DNA of 64,000 nt from Parcubacteria group bacterium GW2011_GWD2_38_12 (GCA_000992345.1 LBUA01000001.1:13542-77541), one strand, 5' to 3'; positions 49,988 through 58,262 are shown, counted from the stretch's first letter. Notes: generated from the letters alone by a model not told the origin. Numbers and translations: made by a program.

Positions 49988-50049
49988 CACGAGTCAGTGC
50001 GTTATTGAGAGACCGAGAAGGCTATATTTTAAGTTATTAATTATATCTA

Positions 50050-50484
50050 ATGCAAAATTACAAAGACAAAATAATTGAATTTATAAGATTATTTTTGTTA
50101 TCGTTGTTTATAATATTTGTTTTATTAATTTTACCAATACTAATAGAAACTATTTTAAGATTATATTTGGAAAGTAGAACAATTGGCGTATTAATAACAT
50201 CTATTTATTTAATTACTTTTCTATATATTTTATATTATAAAAAAAGAGACAAGAGTAAGACATTTCTAGAAAATTTTTATTTGTTTACAAATTCCATAAG
50301 AAAATCTATAAAAGAAATAATTAGTTTTATTACAAAAATTCCTCACTTTTTTAAATTAACAGGAAATTCTATTATCAAAATAGTAGGTTACATTTTTGTT
50401 GCGGCATTGATAATAATCCCAATATTTATAGTCATAATAATTATGTTAGCCATTATAAAATGGTCTTTTCAAATAGTGTTTTAG
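50050..50484 (+). CDS. Hypothetical membrane protein (AT-rich islet downstream of tRNA-Gln)
   Basis: ORF with 4 TM helices. Very AT-rich codon usage compared with neighbouring housekeeping genes. Confidence 0.35.
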   Translation: MQNYKDKIIEFIRLFLLSLFIIFVLLILPILIETILRLYLESRTIGVLITSIYLITFLYILYYKKRDKSKTFLENFYLFTNSIRKSIKEIISFITKIPHFFKLTGNSIIKIVGYIFVAALIIIPIFIVIIIMLAIIKWSFQIVF

Positions 50485-50508
50485 TTTTTAATCTATTAAA
50501 ATAAGATT

Positions 50509-51111
50509 TTGTTAGTAAATAATTGTTTAGATAAAATATTTATGGAAGATCAAATAATTAAAATATCTGAAGATATAACTTCTATTGCTGATAGCACTAA
50601 TCAAATTCAATCTTATATTAAAATCATCTTACAACGCCATTGGTGGGATACTCAATGGTTTTCTTCGTTATTTGGTGTTATTTTGGGCACTATAATAACA
50701 TTATCGATTGGATGGATGAAAGATTATTTACAATGGAGAAAGAAAATTTTATTGAGTTGGTATAAAAAATTGATAAAAGGCCCAAATTTAGATGATCTAA
50801 TATATCAAGCGCTTCATATTAGTTATGCTTATGGTGGAAAAGATACAAATGACAAATCCTTATCAGAAAAAGTTTTAATTGAGTTTCGTAAAAAATATAA
50901 GCATTGGAATCTTCCATTATTATCAAGACTTCGGTTTTTATTTATAAAATGTGAGAAGTTTATTAAAAAATTACCAAATAAAAATAATGCACAGTATGAA
51001 GAATTTAAGAAAAGTGATGAATATAAAATATTAAATAAAATTTTTAATAAAATTATTTTTATTTCCGAAAAGAGCACCGGAGAAAATCGATGGACATTAA
51101 TTAATGATTAA
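50509..51111 (+). CDS. Hypothetical protein (AT-rich islet)
   Basis: ORF only. One central TM helix. Confidence 0.35.
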   Translation: MLVNNCLDKIFMEDQIIKISEDITSIADSTNQIQSYIKIILQRHWWDTQWFSSLFGVILGTIITLSIGWMKDYLQWRKKILLSWYKKLIKGPNLDDLIYQALHISYAYGGKDTNDKSLSEKVLIEFRKKYKHWNLPLLSRLRFLFIKCEKFIKKLPNKNNAQYEEFKKSDEYKILNKIFNKIIFISEKSTGENRWTLIND

Positions 51112-51265
51112 AATAATTAAATATTTAATTTATAGCTACCACCGCGACCCGACCGAGACGGGTTATTGTGGTATAATAAAAACAGTCAAAAAAGCTCTCA
51201 ACGGTCTCGCTAGTTTTGGTTCTAGACCGGAGTAGCTAGCCAACAAAGATAAGTTGGAAAGACTG

Positions 51266-51299
51266 CCTCGCGGATAGATATCCGCGAGGTTTTTGTTTT
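51266..51299 (+). terminator. Rho-independent terminator (plus orientation) ending a roughly 110-nt possible small transcript
   Basis: cctcgcgga-tagata-tccgcgagg followed by tttttgttttg. Confidence 0.7.
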
Positions 51300-51306
51300 G
51301 TAGGCA

Positions 51307-52017
51307 TTATAGAAGTGATAAAAATTCTTCCAGTTCTTTTCCGATAATTGGCCTTATTTTATTAGGTTTGAGATTACCAAGGCGTATGTTCATAATGCGA
51401 ATTCTTTTTAGATCTGCGACTGCATACCCAAGCGCTCCGCACATTCTTCTGATTTGATGTTTTTTGCCTTCCGTCAGGATTATTCTAAAAGTAAAGTTAT
51501 TGATGCGACTAATTTTGCATTTCTTTGTTCTATAACCATCAATATTCACACCCTCGCTCATGCGTTTGAAAAAACTCGGCTTCAAGGGAGTTCTAACATT
51601 TACGATATATTCTTTTTCGTGATTATATTCAGGACTCAAGAGTTTTTCGGTGATGCGACCATCGTCCGTGAGGATTATTAATCCCTCAGAATCTTTATCA
51701 AGGCGACCCATAGGGAAAATATGTGTATTTAACAAAAAATCGCGAATGCTTTTTTCGTTCATTTGCGGGCTGTGAGTAATAACGCCGCGAGGCTTATTAT
51801 AGGCGATATAAGAATATTTTCTATTCGCTATATCTCTTGGTATTTTTACATCATCTCCTTCGTTGACCATATCGCCAAGCACGGCAATTTTACCATTTAT
51901 AAATACATTTTTTCTTCTAATCAGATCATCAGCCCCTCTGCGGGTCGCGAGGTTATGTAGAGCCAGATATTTATTTATCCTTATTGGATAGGATATTGAT
52001 TTTGAATTTTTAAGCAT
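51307..52017 (-). CDS. rRNA pseudouridine synthase, RsuA/RluB family (S4 domain plus catalytic domain)
   Basis: N-terminal S4 (IRINKYLALHNLATRRGADDLI), catalytic motif GRLDKDSEGLIILTDDG, and C-terminal KxYxV region. Confidence 0.85.
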   Translation of the reverse strand: MLKNSKSISYPIRINKYLALHNLATRRGADDLIRRKNVFINGKIAVLGDMVNEGDDVKIPRDIANRKYSYIAYNKPRGVITHSPQMNEKSIRDFLLNTHIFPMGRLDKDSEGLIILTDDGRITEKLLSPEYNHEKEYIVNVRTPLKPSFFKRMSEGVNIDGYRTKKCKISRINNFTFRIILTEGKKHQIRRMCGALGYAVADLKRIRIMNIRLGNLKPNKIRPIIGKELEEFLSLL

Positions 52018-52121
52018 ATTATTTTATACATTATTTTTATAAACTTGTAAACTAAGGGATTTTACTAAAAAAAGTTATATGTTATAATGATTGTATTAAT
52101 AATTAATACACTTGTAAATTT

Positions 52122-52190
52122 ATGGCGAAAGGAAACAACGCTCAAAGAAAAGAAAAGAAGAAACCGAAAAAGGATAAGAAAAAGAAGTAG
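52122..52190 (+). CDS. Possible tiny Lys-rich ORF (22 aa, MAKGNNAQRKEKKKPKKDKKKK). Speculative.
   Basis: ATG ORF downstream of a TATAAT-like box (ttatatgttataatg). No SD. Confidence 0.15.
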   Translation: MAKGNNAQRKEKKKPKKDKKKK

Positions 52191-52229
52191 TTTTAATTAC
52201 CCTTTTTAATTACAAAACCTATTAGGGGG

Positions 52230-52258
52230 TTGACAAAGCTAAGAAAGTTGTATATTAT
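52230..52258 (+). promoter_or_regulatory. Near-consensus sigma70-type promoter (TTGACA-N15/17-TATATT/TATTAT) driving the DEAD-box helicase leader
   Basis: ggggttgacaaagctaagaaagttgtatattattg. Confidence 0.5.
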
Positions 52259-52340
52259 TGGGGAATTAAGAAATAACAAAGTATCAAATATCTCACTGAG
52301 GCCGCGCTAATTATTGCAATATTGCAATTACTCTTAGAAA

Positions 52341-52376
52341 ATGTCGCAGGATTCCGTGCGACATTTTGCTTTTTTG
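52341..52376 (+). terminator. Intrinsic terminator/attenuator hairpin inside the DEAD-box helicase 5' leader. It is followed by GGAGG and a 16-codon TTG uORF.
   Basis: atgtcgca-ggattccg-tgcgacat followed by tttgcttttttgg, then ggaggttgtttaaagac... Confidence 0.55.
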
Positions 52377-52445
52377 GAGGTTGTTTAAAGACTTTTTTCG
52401 TAGCGATTGCAGTAGAAAAGCGAGTTTTTAAATAGCTTCAGCGGT

Positions 52446-53636
52446 ATGTATAGAAATAACACTCGCCACGGCGAGGGTTCGTTTGGTAGATTTTCCGGCA
52501 ATAGAAAGCGACCAGCGCGTCGCGCGCGTCGCGGTCAAAATATTGATGTTTCAAAATTCATCAATAAAGCGGTCATAACCGAAACAACAGAACATTTTGT
52601 TCCCGAACATTTGTTCGCTGATTTTAATATTGATGCTCGCTTAAAAGCGAATGTCTTAGCTAAAGGATATAATACTCCAACTCCGATTCAGGATAAATCA
52701 ATCCCGCATATTTTGCGCGGATCCGATATTGTGGGTATTGCCAATACCGGAACCGGGAAAACCGGAGCATTTCTTGTTCCTCTTATTCAGAAAGTATTGA
52801 TAAATCATAAAGAAAAAGTTTTGATTATCGTGCCGACTCGCGAATTGGCTTTGCAAATTGATAAAGAATTCAAGAGTTTTGCCAGGGGATTGAATATGTT
52901 TTCCGTGTGTTGTGTCGGCGGCGCGCCTATCGGCAAACAGATTTCTGAATTGAGATATTATAATCATTTCATAATCGGTACCCCGGGCAGATTGAAAGAT
53001 TTGGCTCAAAGGGGCTTTATATCTTTTCCTCAGTTTTCTGCGATTGTCTTAGATGAAGCGGACAGAATGCTTGATATGGGATTTATTGATGATATGAAAT
53101 TTATAATGTCTAAGATGCCCGAGAAACGCCATACGTTATTTTTCTCGGCGACAATGTCTCGAGAAATTGAAGCGCTTATTAAAAATTTTCTACGCGACCC
53201 GATATCTATCTCGGTAAAAACCGGAGATACTCCAAAAAATGTTGATCAAGATATTGTGAGGGTATCGGCGGATAATAAAATAGATATATTGCATAATCTT
53301 CTGAAGAATGAAGAATTCAGCAAGGTGTTGATATTCGGCAGAACAAAACATGGCGTGGAAAAATTATCCGAGATACTGATTGCACGCGGATTTAAAGCGG
53401 AGTCAATCCATGGAGACAAAAATCATGCTAAGAGACAACGGGCCTTGGGACTTTTTATTGATAATCGCATTCAGATTCTTGTTGCTACTGATGTGGCGGC
53501 GCGCGGATTGGATATCCCCAATGTGAGCCATGTCATTAACTACGATATTCCTGCCGCGTACGAAGATTATGTTCACCGCATTGGTCGAACTGGTCGCGGC
53601 AATAAAAAAGGCAAAGCGCTCACATTTATTGGATAA
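52446..53636 (+). CDS. DEAD-box ATP-dependent RNA helicase with an Arg-rich N-terminal tail
   Basis: Q-motif, Walker A ANTGTGKT, DEAD (VLDEADRMLD), SAT and HRIGRTGRG. Confidence 0.9.
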   Translation: MYRNNTRHGEGSFGRFSGNRKRPARRARRGQNIDVSKFINKAVITETTEHFVPEHLFADFNIDARLKANVLAKGYNTPTPIQDKSIPHILRGSDIVGIANTGTGKTGAFLVPLIQKVLINHKEKVLIIVPTRELALQIDKEFKSFARGLNMFSVCCVGGAPIGKQISELRYYNHFIIGTPGRLKDLAQRGFISFPQFSAIVLDEADRMLDMGFIDDMKFIMSKMPEKRHTLFFSATMSREIEALIKNFLRDPISISVKTGDTPKNVDQDIVRVSADNKIDILHNLLKNEEFSKVLIFGRTKHGVEKLSEILIARGFKAESIHGDKNHAKRQRALGLFIDNRIQILVATDVAARGLDIPNVSHVINYDIPAAYEDYVHRIGRTGRGNKKGKALTFIG

Positions 53637-53724
53637 GGGCTTCGTCTAAAATTTGAATCCGCCCAGTCTCGATTTTTCTTGAAAAATCGAGGATGCTCAA
53701 TTACAAAGTAATCGGCACTGGCGG

Positions 53725-53868
53725 AGCACAAATTTTAGAAACAAAACCTTACCCTGTTAAATCCCCGCGAAGCGGGGGTGCGAAAGCGCATTTAACAGGG
53801 TGCTCATTTTTGAAACGAAATTTTGCGCACTCCGCAAAGCTCCGTTTCAAAATTTTGACAAAATCGGC
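53725..53868 (+). repeat. Family-1 structured repeat element, copy 3 (full length); it ends at the ATG (53869) that most likely starts the ABC-F gene
   Basis: cttaccctgttaaat-[ccccgcGAAGcggggg]-[tgcgAAAGcgca]-tttaacaggg ... ttttgaaacg-aaat-[tttgcg-cactc-cgcaaa]-gctc-cgtttcaaaa-ttttgacaaaatcggcATG. Confidence 0.75.
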
Positions 53869-55377
53869 ATGTCGCAAAATGCAAAGCCCCGTAGCGAACG
53901 AAGTTCTGCTGCAGGAGAAGTTATAATCAGATTTGATGAAGTGTCTTTTGAACACGGACCCCAAAAACCCATTCTTGAAGAGGTGGGTTTTTCGGTGCGT
54001 AGAGGAATGAAAGTCACGCTGATGGGGCAAAATGGCGCCGGAAAAAGCACTATTTTTCAACTCATTACCGGAGCGGCAAAACCCGAATCAGGCGCGGTGC
54101 ATATCGGGTCGGATATTATTGTCGCTATTTCGCGGCAAGTAATTCCTCGCGATCAGTTGGATTTAACAGTGCGGGAATTTTTTGAGAAATGTTTTGATAA
54201 AAAAGTTTACGATATAGATCCTAAAATTGATGAGGTGTTGGAAGTGGTGAATTTAAAAGGCCACGAAAAAATGCACAAAAGGATTATTAAGTCATTTTCC
54301 GGCGGTCAGCAGGCGCGGCTTCTTTTGGCGTCGGCGCTCATTCAAGATCCCGATGTATTGCTTCTTGATGAGCCGACCAACAATTTGGATAAAGCCGGTA
54401 TCGCGCATCTGACAAATTTTTTAGTTAATTATAAGAAGACTTGTATTGTTATTTCTCACGACGCGGATTTTCTCAACGCTTTCACGCAGGGCGTTTTGTA
54501 TCTTGATATATTTACTCGCAAAATAGAACAATATGTCGGTAATTATTTTGATGTGGTGAAACAAATCTCTGTTCGAATAGAAAAAGAAAATAGAAAGAAT
54601 GCGTTATTAGCAAAAGAGATTCAGGAGAATAAAGACAAGGCAAACTTTTTTGCGCACAAAGGCGGACGTATGAGGTTGCTCGCTAAACGTATGCGTGAGA
54701 AAGCCGAGGAGATGGAAGAAGAAAAAGTTGATGTGCGAAAAGAAGATAAACCCATCAGGCCGTTTATTATTCCTTTCCAAGAGGATTTGATAGGGGAGAT
54801 TATAAATATCTCATCTTTCACGACGATGAAAAATCATCAGCCAGCAGAACACAAAGCCAAAATTTCAATGAAGAAAAATCAGCACTTGCTCTTATCCGGC
54901 CCCAATGGCATCGGCAAAAGCACATTACTAAAATCCATCGCCAAAGGTACTGTAGGGGGCGTGGCGATTGCCCGAGGTGTCCGCGTCGGGTATTATTGCC
55001 AAGACTTTTCTACGCTTAATTTTGATGAAACTGTTTATGAATCGCTCGTGTCGGCGATGGAGAAAGCGACCGGAAAAAAAGACGATGAATTCATCCGTGC
55101 TATCGCTGCGAGTTTTATGATTAGAGGTGATATGGTTTATTCTAAAATCGGCAGTTTGTCCGAAGGGCAAAAGGGGCTCGTTGCTTTTGCGCGACTGGTA
55201 ATTCAAAAACCCGGCCTTTTGATACTTGATGAGCCAACCAATCACATCAATTTTCGCCATTTACCAGTCATCGCTGGAGCGCTCAACAAATACGACGGCG
55301 CGATGATTCTCGTCAGCCATGTCCCCGAATTCGTCTCCCAAATCCGCATTGATGAGATATTGGATTTAGAGAAATAG
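53869..55377 (+). CDS. ABC-F family ATPase (tandem ABC domains, no TMD; ribosome-associated EttA/Uup-like). Start placed at the ATG supplied by the repeat; the annotated ORF extends upstream to 53800 through the repeat.
   Basis: Two Walker A motifs (GQNGAGKST; GPNGIGKST), two signatures (FSGGQQARLLLASAL; LSEGQKGLVAFARL) and an inter-domain linker with a charged arm. Confidence 0.85.
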   Translation: MSQNAKPRSERSSAAGEVIIRFDEVSFEHGPQKPILEEVGFSVRRGMKVTLMGQNGAGKSTIFQLITGAAKPESGAVHIGSDIIVAISRQVIPRDQLDLTVREFFEKCFDKKVYDIDPKIDEVLEVVNLKGHEKMHKRIIKSFSGGQQARLLLASALIQDPDVLLLDEPTNNLDKAGIAHLTNFLVNYKKTCIVISHDADFLNAFTQGVLYLDIFTRKIEQYVGNYFDVVKQISVRIEKENRKNALLAKEIQENKDKANFFAHKGGRMRLLAKRMREKAEEMEEEKVDVRKEDKPIRPFIIPFQEDLIGEIINISSFTTMKNHQPAEHKAKISMKKNQHLLLSGPNGIGKSTLLKSIAKGTVGGVAIARGVRVGYYCQDFSTLNFDETVYESLVSAMEKATGKKDDEFIRAIAASFMIRGDMVYSKIGSLSEGQKGLVAFARLVIQKPGLLILDEPTNHINFRHLPVIAGALNKYDGAMILVSHVPEFVSQIRIDEILDLEK

Positions 55378-55385
55378 GTTTTGTC

Positions 55386-55409
55386 ATTCCCGCGAAGGCG
55401 GGAATTTAG
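55386..55409 (+). terminator. Terminator hairpin with a GCGAAG mini-loop
   Basis: attcccgc-gaag-gcgggaat followed by tt. Confidence 0.6.
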
Positions 55410-55460
55410 TCCATGGCCATTGCGATTCAGTAGGTGATTGTGGTCAATCAGGCACGAAGC
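55393..55460. repeat. Family-2 repeat element, copy B (inverted relative to 22312-22372)
   Basis: cagtaggtgattgtggtcaatcaggcacgaagcaatct is the reverse complement of 22316-22353 (37/38). Confidence 0.7.
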
Positions 55461-55548
55461 AATCTCTCCGTAATAGAATGTCGCCGAAAGGCGGCTTTTT
55501 AAAATTTGCGTTTTTTACGATTTCAGTGTATAATATAAAGAATAAATT

Positions 55549-55803
55549 ATGCAAAAACCTGATGTAAAAATAAAAGATTGGATTGGGATAGGCGAAAGCA
55601 GGCCCTTGTGCTCTCCTCTGTATGCGGTTGTTTGCAATATTAGCCATGATGATATAGAAGTGGTATACCTTCAAAACGATCACAAGCCGGTAAAACAAGA
55701 AGTTATTTGGGATGGAGAAACGTGGCAATTTAATACTAATTCCGGCATTACCTTGAGAGAAGGTGAGGGATATGAGTTTATACAGATTTTAAAAAATAGA
55801 TAA
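55549..55803 (+). CDS. Hypothetical small protein (orphan cassette gene 1)
   Basis: ORF only. Confidence 0.3.
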   Translation: MQKPDVKIKDWIGIGESRPLCSPLYAVVCNISHDDIEVVYLQNDHKPVKQEVIWDGETWQFNTNSGITLREGEGYEFIQILKNR

Positions 55804-55816
55804 AAAATAAAAATAA

Positions 55817-56170
55817 ATGGGAAAAATATTGTCAATAAATCACAAGCTTGGTAAAGCGGATATATCTTTAGATGATGTTTTGATTAGGCTTTTTATTAAG
55901 TATTATAATGGCACATGCTCTGAAATAAGAATATGGAAGCTACCATTAAAAAGAAGTTTTTGGAGCATGTTTAATGTTAAAAATTTAATTTGGGCTATTT
56001 ATAATGACGACGCTAAATATATTCATGGTTGGTTTTCAAGAGATGGTGATATTCTGGAAGTTTTAACAAGGAAGATTGAAAAATGTAATAATTATAATGA
56101 TCTTAAAGAATTGCTTATTAAATTAGAGAATATTATAAATGGAATTTCTTTACCACATGATGAGTTATAA
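55817..56170 (+). CDS. Hypothetical small protein (orphan cassette gene 2)
   Basis: ORF only. Confidence 0.3.
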   Translation: MGKILSINHKLGKADISLDDVLIRLFIKYYNGTCSEIRIWKLPLKRSFWSMFNVKNLIWAIYNDDAKYIHGWFSRDGDILEVLTRKIEKCNNYNDLKELLIKLENIINGISLPHDEL

Positions 56171-56191
56171 AATTTTTTAAATTAGCGAAAT

Positions 56192-56407
56192 ATGAAAAAT
56201 ATAATTATTATTTTAATAATTTTAGTAGCCGCCATCGGTAGCGGATTGTTTTATTGGTATGAGTATAGACCGAATAAAATAAGAAGTTATTGCAATGATA
56301 AGGCACAAGATACTTTAACCGGCTCACTTCGAGAATTTGTAGCGGTTCAAGCCAACTATGAAGATAATTATAAAAAATGTTTAAGAGGTAATGGAATAAG
56401 AGAGTAA
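56192..56407 (+). CDS. Hypothetical small signal-anchored protein with two Cys (orphan cassette gene 3)
   Basis: N-terminal TM/signal helix. Confidence 0.3.
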   Translation: MKNIIIILIILVAAIGSGLFYWYEYRPNKIRSYCNDKAQDTLTGSLREFVAVQANYEDNYKKCLRGNGIRE

Positions 56408-56423
56408 GTTAAATAAAATTTTT

Positions 56424-56747
56424 ATGGGAAATTTAACAGATGCTTTAAAAAAATATAATGGAAATTCGTTGCCAGAAGATATAATTAAGGGGTTGCAAGA
56501 TGGTGGTTATACTCATGGATTAAATCCGGCGACAGAGGAACCGATTTTTCAAAACTATTTAACTGCTTTATTAAACTCAAAAACTAATAAAGAATTGTCT
56601 GTATCTTTAAATAATTTTAAGGATGTGATAAAAGAATTCTCGCTTTCAAGTTTTGAGTCAACAAAAGCATTGAATCTTTGGACAATGGTATTGGCGTTTG
56701 CCACAACAGCATTAGTATTTGTGACAATCGTAGCGATATTTTATTAA
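56424..56747 (+). CDS. Hypothetical C-tail-anchored small protein (orphan cassette gene 4)
   Basis: C-terminal TM helix. Confidence 0.3.
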   Translation: MGNLTDALKKYNGNSLPEDIIKGLQDGGYTHGLNPATEEPIFQNYLTALLNSKTNKELSVSLNNFKDVIKEFSLSSFESTKALNLWTMVLAFATTALVFVTIVAIFY

Positions 56748-56754
56748 GAGTAAA

Positions 56755-57129
56755 TTGTTTGAAAATATGAATTTTACTGAAGCAAACAAAATTTTTAAAA
56801 TTTGGAGTGAATGGTATTGGCCATCTCACTTTATACTGCATTCAGTTTTTCTCAATAAAATACCGGAATCTTTTTTGCCATATCAAAAAAATGTTTTAGA
56901 GGAGGCACTAAATATTATAGCAAAGCAATATTATGACAATGGCGATTTTAAGGTCTCCAAAAATATCCAAGAATCTATCGCGTCTCTTGCGGCTTATGTA
57001 AGAGATGATGATGCCTTACAGCAAGTGTCTGACAGATTATCTGATGTTAAGATGAGAGAGGCTGTACTTATTTATATTTCAAATTTTAAAAAAGATTGGA
57101 AAAATTGGTTAGACAAACAAGAGGATTAA
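56755..57129 (+). CDS. Hypothetical small protein, Trp-rich N-terminus (orphan cassette gene 5)
   Basis: ORF only. Confidence 0.3.
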   Translation: MFENMNFTEANKIFKIWSEWYWPSHFILHSVFLNKIPESFLPYQKNVLEEALNIIAKQYYDNGDFKVSKNIQESIASLAAYVRDDDALQQVSDRLSDVKMREAVLIYISNFKKDWKNWLDKQED

Positions 57130-57217
57130 AAAGAAAGGCATATGTCTCATAAGTCAAGATAAAATAAACCTTTTTAAAATTTTTTAACAAAATTTAATTG
57201 CTTGAGATAGTTGTATT

Positions 57218-57598
57218 TTGGATAATATGAATAATAAATCAGAGGAAATTATTAAAAAATCAATTGAACAAGCAATTATTAACGCTGTTAGTAAAAAAAT
57301 ATATCCACCACAGCAACCAGGCTTTTTAGGCAGATTTTTAAAAAAATCGCCAGGAAAATACATAGACCTAAATATCGAAGAAGATAAGAGTGGTTGCAAT
57401 AAGATAATATTTAAATTAGAAAATTATAAAAATCCAGTTAGTATCGATCTTGAAAAGATTTTTGAAGGAATATTTTGGACAGAATTTTTCGATGCTGATA
57501 AGTATACAGAAGTCAGTGAATACGTTGATAAATTTGAAAAATTAAATACATGGGATGAAAAAGCAAACTTTTTAAGCCAATGTTTAAAAAGTTTTTAA
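57218..57598 (+). CDS. Hypothetical small protein (orphan cassette gene 6)
   Basis: ORF only. Confidence 0.3.
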   Translation: MDNMNNKSEEIIKKSIEQAIINAVSKKIYPPQQPGFLGRFLKKSPGKYIDLNIEEDKSGCNKIIFKLENYKNPVSIDLEKIFEGIFWTEFFDADKYTEVSEYVDKFEKLNTWDEKANFLSQCLKSF

Positions 57599-57604
57599 TT
57601 CGGT

Positions 57605-58132
57605 ATGCATTCAAAAGAAAACAATTTTGCGTATATTGATGGGGCGAATTTACATAATGGCATTGCCGGTTTGGGTTGGAAGCTGGATTATAAAAGATTT
57701 AGAGTGTGGCTGTCTGATAAATACGGCATAAAAAGCGCCTATATTTTTATTGGTTTAATACCGAAATATAAAGATTTATATAAATATCTCCAAGAATGCG
57801 GATTTACCTTGATATTCAAAGAGGTGGTGTATAACAGCGATGGGAAACCAAAAGGGAATTGTGATGCGGATTTAGTTTTGCAATCAGTATGCGATGCGTA
57901 TAAAAATAAATTTGATAAAGCAATTATCGTTTCGAGTGATGGCGATTATGCCGGACTGGTTAAATTTCTTAAGGAACGCGGAAAATTAAAAACAATACTG
58001 TCGCCTCATACTAAAAATCTCTGCTCTATTCTTCTAAAAAGGACGAATGCGCCGATTGCTTATTTGAATGATCAAAAAACAATTTTACGGGATAAAAAAG
58101 AAAAAGCCCCCGATGCGGACAAAACCGCATAG
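57605..58132 (+). CDS. NYN-domain (LabA-like, PIN-related) predicted ribonuclease
   Basis: NFAYIDGANLHNG ... CDADLVL ... IVSSDGDYAGLV, which are the hallmark Asp residues of the NYN/LabA fold. Confidence 0.75.
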   Translation: MHSKENNFAYIDGANLHNGIAGLGWKLDYKRFRVWLSDKYGIKSAYIFIGLIPKYKDLYKYLQECGFTLIFKEVVYNSDGKPKGNCDADLVLQSVCDAYKNKFDKAIIVSSDGDYAGLVKFLKERGKLKTILSPHTKNLCSILLKRTNAPIAYLNDQKTILRDKKEKAPDADKTA

Positions 58133-58262
58133 GGGTCTTTTTCGTAAGTATTAACTATATAATAGCAAGCGCTTGTAAAAAGTCAATAGTCAGTAAAATG
58201 CCTTATTGCATCTATATTTTATAATGTTTTGATAAGTAAAAATTTAAAAAATATATAATAAA

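Noticed and set aside
51112-51300. tmRNA, SRP RNA, RNase P RNA or a second tRNA in the structured spacer after the AT-rich islet
   Set aside because: No tRNA-like acceptor/T-arm with CCA-proximal GGGGGTTCGAATCCCCC, no SRP domain IV GGAA/AGCAG motif, and no RNase P P4 motifs on either strand.
52122-52190. 22-aa Lys-rich mini-ORF upstream of the DEAD-box helicase promoter
   Set aside because: Kept only as a very low-confidence feature. It has no SD, and lysine runs arise trivially from A-rich DNA. Could be checked by ribosome profiling.
53693-53926. 77-aa ORF and several antisense ORFs listed in the six-frame track (e.g. 226-489, 269-697, 9507-9789, 27816-28232, 58966-59784)
   Set aside because: They lie inside the Family-1 repeat or are antisense to, or embedded in, well-supported conserved genes. 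They show composition typical of out-of-frame translation and no motifs.
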